A stretch of 64,000 nucleotides of DNA. It comes from Actinomycetota bacterium (GTDB lineage: Bacteria > Actinomycetota > AC-67). Both the position numbers and the translations under genes were made by a program. Below the pieces are notes generated by a model. The model worked only from the letters and a program-made list of their open reading frames with translations, did no database searches and was not told where the DNA came from. Positions within the stretch are counted from its first letter, which is position 1. The number at the start of each line of letters is the position of its first letter. This document shows, piece after piece, positions 35,601 through 44,008 of this stretch. The stretch covers positions 4,126 to 68,125 of the forward strand of contig JAIVGO010000094.1 in assembly GCA_020201525.1 (NCBI GenBank), in the 5' to 3' direction.

Positions 35601-35989
35601 ACTACGCAAACACGACCACTATCCCGTCTCGGAGCGAGTTCGCGACTCAATTTTGCGCGGCGAACGCCGACCACGCTCGCGTCGGGTCCGACTCGTTCAT
35701 CTACGCCTCTGTGCCGTTCACCGGTCGCACGAAGGAGAGCGAAGCGCCGCCGTATGCTGCCAGCAACTTAGATTGCGGAGTCGTGTCTTCGACTGCGTGG
35801 CAGTACGGCCTCGCTGGCCAGGACCGGGCGTCGGGCTCGACCCTGACCGACCACCCTCAGGCCAAGTCGGACCCTACGCAAGGGCCGTCAGACTTCGACA
35901 CCGACCTGATCAAGCCGGAGCTGACTGACGTTCTCTGGTATCCAGGCGGCGTTTCCTGTCCCGCGCCTCGTGGCGCATACTGCATCTAG
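32666..35989 (+). CDS. Secreted multidomain protein, 1107 aa. Order: shared N-terminal module, DNRLRE-like domain, two FN3-like domains, LamG/ConA-like domain, C-terminal GH-like TIM-barrel domain (DUF1906/Rv2525c-like).
   Basis: Signal peptide MARHRSLVALLAATLITGLLALIPATPTALAAA. N-module homologous to the RHS1/2/3 N-termini. VKVWPAGTLEPTAWS LamG-like motif. C-terminal FWGVDSS...ILLGEQ...AIFMNIEE. The C-terminal third has lower GC. Confidence 0.8.
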   Translation: MARHRSLVALLAATLITGLLALIPATPTALAAANKTTPRLVRQTETTDVYANADGSRTAVFYAGPANFFDKTTNQWRKLDKEFRRVGDHLENGAGPVRVQLPSDTSAGKVTVAKDDWSASFALEDAKPNRPGNVTKGQVRYDDVAAAAGVSLDYRMLSNGLKEDIVLDQSLPAGSPDHFRFRLSVAGATPAAVDGGTAIALQDGAGHELARIPRGMMVDAKGAKGVVDMHLVEQGASWFVDVAPDPAFLRGDRAYPVRIDPSIIYTATAPTDSFTDSVCTTCNYNGMATLKAGWANGMPGTTEYYSYIRFPDLTPIVGKWVANAQLRLEATYQVDPSSYGVTALRTHQSWNASTITWSNMANHGPESSHAAAGGYPDYYFDVTSWAQGWAGGQDGEWINGKWSPYGATINTAGAAAYYQLGAAESTFVPNIPSLSVTYTNQSPNLPTALSPADGWTGTSTPQLSATLSDPDDSNGWIEFDLDSANTAIVPTVNGIASFTPTLGAGTHSWRARGRDFDSAGPWTALRYFTVNTAPAMPDQLSPADGYYSTTLPALSARYVDVDNNSGSLAFEVDGVAHSVTGIANGATGSCTTANLCLPSSLAPGLHSWRVQAVDGLGLPSTWSPYQQFEYHYAGQVVREEFPVNGSQWDTTKWAISSGLTVSNNQGVFPASTASKRATATAAYLQDSEVSFTYSIPDRTAGTELRTTLRGYGATGSAQLPNGYRLDIPSGLNQDGSTTISLKKLVNGVVTPLGSSFNYTGSGYVNTRVRFRVDGSTISVKVWPAGTLEPTAWSAQRTDSSITAAGTLQIAQSWQTGSGRVINVDNVTYENRSFWGVDSSKPINQARLDVLNTQYGGRPNVWGRYLTTQKLDRQTYETTYCPRCGLNEEPPGDEITFAQNNKIAIQVIQRANNGDILLGEQLGRDYANLAQEHAQRLGIPTSVAIFMNIEECANSCRVDAGFIWGWFDQLDRVYGRKVGYYANTTTIPSRSEFATQFCAANADHARVGSDSFIYASVPFTGRTKESEAPPYAASNLDCGVVSSTAWQYGLAGQDRASGSTLTDHPQAKSDPTQGPSDFDTDLIKPELTDVLWYPGGVSCPAPRGAYCI

Positions 35990-36267
35990 CGGACCCCTGG
36001 GTCCACCGCTAAAGGGCCCTCCTCGTAAGGCGACTCTGCTCGTGATTAAAGGCGCAGACAACCTAGCGAGGAGGGCCACGCGTTCGCCCACCGCGGCTAC
36101 CAGCGGATCGACCGGCTCACCAGCCACGACGCCGAGGTCCACCAGCACAGCGGCTTACAGGGACGCACTTCAGAGCTTGGTGCTCCCAGGCGCTGCACGA
36201 TGGTCCAACCGAGCTGTCAACGGCGCTCCACGAAGCGGACGCCCAGCCAGTTCGGATCGAGCGGGAC

Positions 36268-37533
36268 TCATGGTCCGAAGCGAATCGGTTCCCATGTCAG
36301 GCCCGAGTCGCGCGTGACGTACAGCCCCCCAGTCAGCACTACGCCATGACGGGAATCGACGAAGCTGATAGATCGGACCAGCTCGCTCTCCCCCGAGGCG
36401 TTGAACCGGACCGAGTACCGGCGGCCATCAACTCTTTCGACGTCAAGCTCCCCGGTATTCCGTGCGAGGAACTTGGCTTGCGTCGTGACGGCCACGGCGA
36501 TCACGTGAGGCACCCGACCTTGGCTCCTCCATTCCCGCCTCCAGGACTGTGCGCCGTCGGAACTCTCGTAGAGCTCGTAGACGGCCTGCTGGAAGGCGCC
36601 TTCCCCTGTCTGGCAGACGAAAACCAAGTCCCGGGGGCCACTCGCGGCCAGACTGCCGGCCCAGTCGCAGGGAGCCATTTCCCGGCGTTCCCAGTGCCCG
36701 GCGGGGGTCCGGGCGAAAAGCAGCGGCGGCTCGCCATCTTCCTTCGGCGCTCCATACCGTTGGACTGTGAGGTAAGCGGCGCCATCGTGAACCACAAGAT
36801 GGCCGTTGTGGAGTTGTCCCCCGCCGTAGGGTCGAGGCTCCACTTGCACCTCGAGGACAGAACGCCAGTCGTCGCTACCGACTTCTGCCTCGTACAGGCG
36901 CACCGGTCCGGTGCACTCCACCGCGCTGACCCCGCACGAGCCGACGACGGCATACACCCGCCCGGCGGTCGCCTCCAGCGACAGCACTGGATTGCCGAGG
37001 CGAACCGGGCGCCAGCTGGCACCGCCGTCATGCGTAGCCCACAACTCACGATCGAACACCCAGCCGTTCCGCTCATCGGCGAACCGAATGGCGCTCACAT
37101 AGCTCGCAGACCGTACCCGCTCACTCTCCCCGGCCGTCTCGGGCGCACCAGCGACCTGCCAATGCGCCCCTGCATCGCGGGTCCGAGCCACGACGGTGCA
37201 CGTTGCTTCTCCACAGGGCGCCTCGCCGAGCACCCAGCCGTCATCCTCGCTGATGAACGACACTCCCGAGGGATGAAAGCCCGATGGAGGGACAGCCCCG
37301 ACCAGCTCGCTACCCGACCTCAGCGGAGGCTGTGAGAATGCGCCGCTCGTACTGTCCTGACCCTGCGTCGGCGTGACCTTCGTCGCAGGCGCGGGGCTTA
37401 GGTGCCCCGAATTAGACACAAAGACGGCGCTCTGCGTTCCCCACCGAAGGCCTGAGACCGTGACGATGAGGACAGCGGCCAACACAAGCCATGGGGTCGC
37501 CGAACGCTGGATCCTATGCACGTCGACGTTCAT
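36268..37533 (-). CDS. N-terminally membrane-anchored BNR/Ycf48-like beta-propeller protein.
   Basis: TM helix PWLVLAAVLIVTVSGL. Repeated S/T-x-D-G-G-x-x-W-like motifs (THDGGASWRPV, SSDGAQSWRRE, TRDSGLTWEPI, TRDAGAHWQV). Confidence 0.55.
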   Translation of the reverse strand: MNVDVHRIQRSATPWLVLAAVLIVTVSGLRWGTQSAVFVSNSGHLSPAPATKVTPTQGQDSTSGAFSQPPLRSGSELVGAVPPSGFHPSGVSFISEDDGWVLGEAPCGEATCTVVARTRDAGAHWQVAGAPETAGESERVRSASYVSAIRFADERNGWVFDRELWATHDGGASWRPVRLGNPVLSLEATAGRVYAVVGSCGVSAVECTGPVRLYEAEVGSDDWRSVLEVQVEPRPYGGGQLHNGHLVVHDGAAYLTVQRYGAPKEDGEPPLLFARTPAGHWERREMAPCDWAGSLAASGPRDLVFVCQTGEGAFQQAVYELYESSDGAQSWRREWRSQGRVPHVIAVAVTTQAKFLARNTGELDVERVDGRRYSVRFNASGESELVRSISFVDSRHGVVLTGGLYVTRDSGLTWEPIRFGP

Positions 37534-37644
37534 ACCCGGCTCCCCCCGCAAAGTCCCCAGCCGTTTAAGAAAGAGTTTCGCAGGTGACCCCTCAGTTGTC
37601 AGGCCAGCCGGGTTGGGGAGTTCTGTATCACAACGGTGTAAGTC

Positions 37645-40608
37645 TCAGGGTCCGATGTCGATGCCAGCGCCCATGTCGGGCCCCGGAAGGGGCGGTCGGG
37701 CGACTTCGGCAAGGCGGTCGAGCCAGGGCGGCGTGTCTGGCGCCGCCCGGGGCAGCGATGCTTCCCGAGATTGGCTCAGTTCCGGCGACAGGCCAAGATC
37801 GGCGAGTTCGGCCTCGACGGTGCGGAGCCGGGAGTCGGGGAATCTGTGCTCGACATCCCATTTGAGGCGCTGGTCCGCTTCGGGTCGCAGCTCCTCGATC
37901 ACACGTTCGCAGCCGTCGATCTTCGCTTCGGCCTTGCGGACATCGCCGGTGAACCGGTCAATCTGATCGAGGGTTGAGGCTTTTTCTCGGCGGCCGTGAC
38001 TCCGGAACTGGGAGAGCCGGCCGAGCTGGTCGAGCCGTTCGCGGGCGTGATTGAGCCGGTAATGAGCCCAGTACAGCTCCTTCTTGGCTGATTCGAGGCG
38101 CAGTTCCGCCTGGTGCAGTGCTGGCCGGCGGTCAGGCGGGCGGTGCTGGAGGAGCGCCCGGAGCTCGGCTCGTTCGGCCAAGAGCAACTGAAGGCGGCTG
38201 GGGGCGTCGTGGATGGCGAAGCCGCTGTCGGGTTGGCGGCGGAGGGCGTCGAGGACTTCCCGGGTGGGGGTGCGCTGGTCGGCGAGGACGCCGCCGTGGT
38301 CGATGTCGGGCAGTCGGGTGACGTTCCAGGTGTGGGTGGCGTGGCGGGATCGGCTCTGGCCGGTGTAGCCGGTGAAGCGTTCGAGGGCGGCGGTGCCGAG
38401 GAGGTGGACCTGTTCCCACGTGCCGCCCTGGATGCCGTCGACGGTGCGGGCCCAGGCGTGGGAGCAGTTGGGACTGCCGTCGGCGCGGCGGCCTTCCACG
38501 AATTCGTGCGGGAGGGCCAGCCGGTGTCCCTCGCGGTCGACGGCCTGCAGCCCGTCGGCGCCGATGGCCGTGACGGTGAGGATGCTGCCGTTGTGGAGCC
38601 GCTGACCGTCGGTCCGGAGGGTGCCGTGGACGAGGAGACGGTCGCCGGCGGCGTAGCGGCGTTCGCCGTTGTTCCAGGCAGGGCCGGCCAGTTCGGGGCC
38701 GTGGAGATGGCCGGTGGCTCGGAGGCGGTGGCGGATGCGATCGGCGAGGTCTTCGCAGTCGGCGTGGGAGACGGCTAGGGCGACGAGCCCGGCGGCGCCG
38801 TGGCGGTCGATGTCGGCCATGAGGGCGTCGGCCAGCGCTTCGCGGGTGGCGTGGGGAGAGCCGAGGTCGTGTTCCCAGCCGTGGTCCTGTCGGATGGCCT
38901 GGCTGGTGGCGACGAGCCCGGCGCGGTAGCGGGCTAGGGCCCGTTGTTCGGCCGGGTCGAGTTGGCGGCGGTTCTCGGTCAATTCCGGGGCGGGGATGTG
39001 GCCGGTGGCACCGAGGCGGGCCAGTTCCGCACCGAGGCCTCCGGCCCGGACGGCTTGGGCCTGGTGGGGGTCGCCGAGGCACCACAGGGTGGCGCCGGGG
39101 GTGGCGGCGACGGCGTCGAGGACGATCTCGGCGTCGCTCGTGGCGACCTGGGACACCTCGTCGAGGACCACGACCGTCCCGGGCGGGAGGGCGGCGCCGT
39201 CGAGGGCGAAGCGGGCGATGGTCGTGGCGTCGATGCCGGCCTGGCGGAGTTCGCAGGCGGCCTGGTTGGTGGCGGCCAGGCCGAGGACGGGGTGTCCGGC
39301 CGCGCCGGCGGCCGTTGCGGCGGCGTGGACGGTGGTGGTCTTGCCGAACCCGGCGGGGGCGATGACGGTGCGGATGGCCGGGCCGGCGGCGCACAGCGCC
39401 TGGACGGCGTCGGCCTGGTCGTCGCCCAGGCCGGGCCTTTCGCCGGCGATCGCCCGCTTGACCAGTGGCGGTGGGATGGCGTCGACCGGCGTGGCGCACA
39501 GGTCAGCCACCAGATCCAGAACCCGCTCCTCGAGCAGGAGGTGGTCCGCGGTGGAGTACTGCGGCGACGTACGGCCGGTGCGGTCGGCCAGGGGGACGGC
39601 GTGCTCGGAGGCGAGAAAGGCGTCGGCCAGATCCTCGATGGCGTCGACGGGGAGGCGGCCGGCGCCAAGGGCGGCGATGTGTTCGACGACGTGCGCTTCG
39701 TTGAACCGGGCCCGCCGGGCGCACAGGCCTTCTTCCGGTTCGATGAGGGCGTCGACGAGGTCGTCCCACTCCAGCCCGGGCCGGAGCATCGGGATCGTCC
39801 GCCCGCAAACCTCGGCTTCGAGGGCGTGGCCGGTCGGCATCCCGATCCCATCGGCTTCGGCCTGCCACCGTTCCCGAAGCACCTCGGGAGTGAGGGAGCC
39901 GTCTCTGCGGGGTCGGGTGGCCAGTGATGCCGCCTCGTCCGCCCACATCCGCTGCTTGGGGTCGGGGTTCTCCGGGCCGGCGCCGGCCAGGTAGTCGTCG
40001 ATGGCGACCGTGCGCTTGGAGAACGTCCGCAGCCATCGGGGATCGAACCCGGCGATCTCCCGGCAGCCGTGGCGGTCCGGTCCCCATTCGACCCCCAACC
40101 GCTCGGTGAGACGCCGGCGGAGTTCTTCCTGGTACACCGATCCCGCCGCCCGGCCCCACTCGTAGAGCGGGGTGGCATCAAGCGCGGCGTAGGTGCCGTC
40201 GGGGCGGCGGCCGAAGTTGGCCACCACACAATGGCTATGCAGCTGGGGGTCACCATCGCGACTCGTCCGGTGAACGAAGGTGGCCGCCGCCACACCCGTC
40301 GGGATCCGCTGGCGTTCGCCCTCGACCTGGAGCCTCGTCGCTCCCGCCCGCCGCTCCAGCAGATCGAGGGCCACCGCCACGGCCTCGACATGAACGATCG
40401 ACGCCACCGATGCCACTTCCGGTGAGCCAAACGCCCACAGCAGCGACACCGATTTCGGCGCCGAGAACGTCACATCAAACGCCATCACCGTCCGGGCCCG
40501 ATGCCCGGCCAGCAGCTCGGTGTCCGTGGCCGGGTCCCGGCCGAGGAGTCCTTCACTGCCCCAAACTGGACCCCGCTCGGGATGGTCGAGGAGGCAAGTG
40601 CAACACAT
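37645..40608 (-). CDS. MobF-family conjugative relaxase with RecD-like helicase (TrwC/TraA-like). About 35-40 N-terminal aa appear to be missing, so it may be a pseudogene.
   Basis: Relaxase motifs FDVTFSAPKSVSLLWAFG and ATFVHRTSRDGDPQLHSHCVVANF. Helicase P-loop APAGFGKTT. The ORF opens at ...HPERGPVWGSEG with no upstream relaxase-like sequence; a stop lies about 100 nt upstream in frame. Confidence 0.75.
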   Translation of the reverse strand: MCCTCLLDHPERGPVWGSEGLLGRDPATDTELLAGHRARTVMAFDVTFSAPKSVSLLWAFGSPEVASVASIVHVEAVAVALDLLERRAGATRLQVEGERQRIPTGVAAATFVHRTSRDGDPQLHSHCVVANFGRRPDGTYAALDATPLYEWGRAAGSVYQEELRRRLTERLGVEWGPDRHGCREIAGFDPRWLRTFSKRTVAIDDYLAGAGPENPDPKQRMWADEAASLATRPRRDGSLTPEVLRERWQAEADGIGMPTGHALEAEVCGRTIPMLRPGLEWDDLVDALIEPEEGLCARRARFNEAHVVEHIAALGAGRLPVDAIEDLADAFLASEHAVPLADRTGRTSPQYSTADHLLLEERVLDLVADLCATPVDAIPPPLVKRAIAGERPGLGDDQADAVQALCAAGPAIRTVIAPAGFGKTTTVHAAATAAGAAGHPVLGLAATNQAACELRQAGIDATTIARFALDGAALPPGTVVVLDEVSQVATSDAEIVLDAVAATPGATLWCLGDPHQAQAVRAGGLGAELARLGATGHIPAPELTENRRQLDPAEQRALARYRAGLVATSQAIRQDHGWEHDLGSPHATREALADALMADIDRHGAAGLVALAVSHADCEDLADRIRHRLRATGHLHGPELAGPAWNNGERRYAAGDRLLVHGTLRTDGQRLHNGSILTVTAIGADGLQAVDREGHRLALPHEFVEGRRADGSPNCSHAWARTVDGIQGGTWEQVHLLGTAALERFTGYTGQSRSRHATHTWNVTRLPDIDHGGVLADQRTPTREVLDALRRQPDSGFAIHDAPSRLQLLLAERAELRALLQHRPPDRRPALHQAELRLESAKKELYWAHYRLNHARERLDQLGRLSQFRSHGRREKASTLDQIDRFTGDVRKAEAKIDGCERVIEELRPEADQRLKWDVEHRFPDSRLRTVEAELADLGLSPELSQSREASLPRAAPDTPPWLDRLAEVARPPLPGPDMGAGIDIGP

Positions 40609-42528
40609 GTTCGCGGTTGGGTAAGTGACACCAACCTCAATGGAGCGGCCACGACCGTCAAGGTCTATGTAGATGGATCCTCGACGCCGGCGGTCACCTT
40701 GACGGCCAACCTTTCTCGTGGCAATCCGTCAGTCAATAATGGCTTTGATTGGACGCCTCCATCAACGCTAAATCTCACGAACGGGACGCAGCATTCCTTC
40801 GTGGTAAAGGCGATAGATTACCCTTCGAATCCAAGTAACCCTGAGGTAGTGATCAGTAATCCGTTAACTACCTTTGTTCAGATGGATGATTCCTTCACAG
40901 GGAGCGACAATACCGACTGGTCAACTGTGAAATGGAATACGTCTGGTAACACGCTCGGCGGGACAGTGCGCGATGTTGATATCCTTTCTGGGCAAGGTCG
41001 GTTCTACGTCGCGAACGCGACTCAGGATGCCCAGGCGAAGCAGGCAACAGGTGAACCAGCCGTTCTCAACTCCGAGGCAGTAATGTCCTTGCGCTTCGCT
41101 GACCCGGGTGACTCAGCAAAAATGAAGGTCGCGCTCCGAGGAGCGAGCAACGTCTCCGGATCTTGGATGAGCGACGGCTACCAGCTGGAGATGCGTTCAT
41201 ACTCCAACCTCGTGAAGGTCTACCGAGTCGTCGGAACCGTCCGGACCGAGATCGGCGGGTTCACCTACACGTTCGGCACTGCCACGCACCGCCTGCGGTT
41301 CAAGGTCATCGGAACCAACCCGACGACCGTCTCGGTCAAGATGTGGCCGGCTGGAACAACGGAGCCGACGAGCTGGACGATACCTCCGATCGTTGACAGC
41401 ACCGCCCCAGTGACTGCGCCCGGCAAGCTCTTTGTCTCGCTAACCAATGGTGGCGGCACTCCCCGTACTGCGTATGTCGATGATCTTTCTCTGATACGGC
41501 TTAATAACACTATCGACGACGAGCCGAACAATCCGGCTGGCACTGCACCGCCGAACAGCATCTCTCGTTACGTCGACACGGCTGACCCTCAAAAGCTCCA
41601 CGACGCCGGTGCTGAAGATGCTGCCGCTGCCTTCCGGGTCATGACGGTCCTTGACTTCGGAGACCAAAATATCGACGGAGCACATTGGTACTCCCTCGGT
41701 TTGAGCGGCGACACGATTAAGAGCCTTGCCAAGCAATATATTGATGGCTTCTATAACGCCGCTGCGAGTGGGCAACAGGTAACCGTGGCCCTTGGGGTTT
41801 CGTGCAGCGGATACACCGGTAGCCGGGCAGACAAGAGGCAGAACGCCCGCGACAAGGGCGCAATTTGGGCCCAGCTCGTCAGCGATGTCTACACAACAGC
41901 TCGAGCCGATCACCCGAACACCCAAGTTCGAGTTGGCGGTGCGTATGACGTCGAATCTGAGGCAGGGTTCTGTGGTCCGCGCGTTTCCGGGAACCCGGGC
42001 GACGGCCCGAGCACTGCAGCGGCCTGGGTGGCTGGGTTCGACGAGAAGCAGACAAGCATCAGCATGAACGGAGGTTTGCCGCTCTTCTACGCGAACTTCG
42101 GTTCCGCCAACGGTTGCCCTCCCGCCGGCTCCTGTTCGGACGGCTGGACTCAGGAAGATTACTGGTCGCTCAGTACCGGTCCGAGGTCAGCGGTCGGATA
42201 CCCGGAAATCTATGGTACGAGCAACGATGAACAGTGGCAGCAGATTGGGATCTACGGTGTGGACCAGCACGGTGACAACCAGGACACGAGAATCGACTTC
42301 GTAGGTGCGATGACGCAACGCCAGGCGTGCCTGCAGGATCGACGCGACAACCCGGACCATGTCCCGGCAGACCAGATCCAGACGCATTACTGCAACGGGA
42401 CAGATCAGGACGCCCCGACTGGATGGAACGCCTTGAAGAACACGCTGGAGAGCAACCAGAAGACGGCCCAGCCAGTCGGATTCTCGACCGACATCATGTG
42501 GCTCGGCCGCGCGCCGCAGCTAGGCTGA
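40582..42528 (+). CDS. Ig-like plus LamG-like domain protein lacking a signal peptide and N-module. Likely a 5'-truncated member of the secreted-protein family.
   Basis: VSVKMWPAGTTEPTSWTIPP...GKLFVSLTNGGGTPRTAYVDDLSL (LamG-like motif shared with 32666 and 52817). Much lower GC (~50%) than neighbours. The first ~100 nt of the track ORF are antisense to the relaxase. Confidence 0.5.
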   Translation: MVEEASATHVRGWVSDTNLNGAATTVKVYVDGSSTPAVTLTANLSRGNPSVNNGFDWTPPSTLNLTNGTQHSFVVKAIDYPSNPSNPEVVISNPLTTFVQMDDSFTGSDNTDWSTVKWNTSGNTLGGTVRDVDILSGQGRFYVANATQDAQAKQATGEPAVLNSEAVMSLRFADPGDSAKMKVALRGASNVSGSWMSDGYQLEMRSYSNLVKVYRVVGTVRTEIGGFTYTFGTATHRLRFKVIGTNPTTVSVKMWPAGTTEPTSWTIPPIVDSTAPVTAPGKLFVSLTNGGGTPRTAYVDDLSLIRLNNTIDDEPNNPAGTAPPNSISRYVDTADPQKLHDAGAEDAAAAFRVMTVLDFGDQNIDGAHWYSLGLSGDTIKSLAKQYIDGFYNAAASGQQVTVALGVSCSGYTGSRADKRQNARDKGAIWAQLVSDVYTTARADHPNTQVRVGGAYDVESEAGFCGPRVSGNPGDGPSTAAAWVAGFDEKQTSISMNGGLPLFYANFGSANGCPPAGSCSDGWTQEDYWSLSTGPRSAVGYPEIYGTSNDEQWQQIGIYGVDQHGDNQDTRIDFVGAMTQRQACLQDRRDNPDHVPADQIQTHYCNGTDQDAPTGWNALKNTLESNQKTAQPVGFSTDIMWLGRAPQLG

Positions 42529-42551
42529 TCGACCCACGAGGAAGGAAGGCA

Positions 42552-43358
42552 GTGAGGACCGTGCGGCAACGTCGCTGTCGATTAACCGCAGTGCTGTTCA
42601 CTTGCGTCGCTCTGGGATTAGCTGCCTGTCGAGATGGAAGCGAGCCCCCCGCTGCGCAACGAGCCGCCGCCAAGCCAACCACCTCATCGACGCTGCTGAA
42701 CGGAGAAGCTCAAGGAACTCCACCGGCCGGAAACCGACCGACTTCGAGCTCTGTAGCCCCCGGGCCGACGACTGTTGCAAGGGTGAGGCCGGGGGTCTCG
42801 TCGCCGACCTCGTCCACTACCACTCCCAGCCAACCCGACAGACCTCTCTATGCAGCGTGCGGTGAACGGAGTTTTTCCGATATCGCTCTTCTGCGGAATA
42901 CCCCGGTTGCGAATCGAGCGCCTTGGACCAAGGTTGCCCAAGTCCTCGTAGCGAACCACTACGGTCCAGACTGCTCATATGAGGGATCCCCGCAAGTAGT
43001 TCTCGCTCGAGACCTCGCGGTTGGGGGAGAATTACCGACGCAGACAAAACACGCAGATGATTTCGAAGAACGGTGGGTCAATCTTCGCTGGACGCACACC
43101 GAGACAGGGTATGAATATAAGGGTCGGACAGGTTATTTTCTTATATACACCACAGATCGAACGGACGACGGCGCACCTTGCCCATTAACTCGGATGATCA
43201 CTGGTGAGAAGCCTCATGTGAAGTTTCCTCCGACTGACGGGAGCGGAACCTTCAGCGGAAGTCCCGTATACGACGGGCCAGTCTTAGCGTCATGTGACGG
43301 CCGGATTTCAGTCACAGCATTAGCACAAGCACCGGACTCGGTCGTCGGAGACCGTTGA
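42552..43358 (+). CDS. Lipoprotein downstream of the LamG-domain protein. Candidate partner or inhibitor.
   Basis: gaaggaagg RBS, then GTG. VRTVRQRRCRLTAVLFTCVALGLAACRDG has a lipobox (LAAC). Low GC like the upstream gene. No recognised domain. Confidence 0.5.
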   Translation: MRTVRQRRCRLTAVLFTCVALGLAACRDGSEPPAAQRAAAKPTTSSTLLNGEAQGTPPAGNRPTSSSVAPGPTTVARVRPGVSSPTSSTTTPSQPDRPLYAACGERSFSDIALLRNTPVANRAPWTKVAQVLVANHYGPDCSYEGSPQVVLARDLAVGGELPTQTKHADDFEERWVNLRWTHTETGYEYKGRTGYFLIYTTDRTDDGAPCPLTRMITGEKPHVKFPPTDGSGTFSGSPVYDGPVLASCDGRISVTALAQAPDSVVGDR

Positions 43359-44008
43359 CGGGGGGCTCGCTCCAGCGTCTCGTCGACAGTACAGACGCCT
43401 TTGGCCGCCCGGTCAGCGTGTCCCGCCCGCCGGCTGCGACTCTCGACTCTGGGCGTGGCACTTGGTTCCGCCACTTGCCGACGACGTCGCATAGGGCTTT
43501 TTTGGTGTGAATAGGGCTATCCACGGGAGCAACCCGTGGACAGCCACCTTGGCGCCGCCACCCGCCGGTCGGAGGTGATGATCGACCGGTGGCGGGGCGG
43601 GGGCCAACTCGGTCGGGTCGCCGGCCGGCCGGCGAGGGGCGGCCGGGCGGTGGGCTTCTGCCGTTCGCGGTAGCTCTCGCCCTCGACGAAAAGGTCCTTA
43701 GCCGCGCTCTGGAGACGGTCGATGACGGGACTGGGCGAGGAGCGGATCGGCATGACGGCCAACCAACTCAACTGGCTCAACGACGAGTTCGGAATTCCGG
43801 ATCGCAGCACTTGGCGTGCGGAACCAAGGCTTAGGTGGTCGGATGGCAATCGTTAGCAACAAAATGACAGCGGATTCCCCCCGAAGGTCATCATAATGGT
43901 GCCTGGTGGTCTCGCCACGTTGAGCCCTTTTGTTCTGAAGTGCAAAGCGCCGTAATCGCCAAGACAAGACGATTCGATTAGGAGCGTGTCGTACGCGCCG
44001 TACGGTTC

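Noticed and set aside
38132-40430. Long alternative-frame ORFs (455, 483, 327, 332 aa) over the relaxase gene.
   Set aside because: Arg/Pro/Gly low-complexity translations typical of off-frame high-GC DNA. The relaxase and helicase motifs are in the 37645-40608 frame.
40501-40608. First ~100 nt of the track ORF 40501-42528 (MPGQQLGVRGRVPAEESF...).
   Set aside because: This stretch is the antisense of the relaxase 5' end. The LamG-domain gene sequence only begins around 40610 and its composition changes sharply there.
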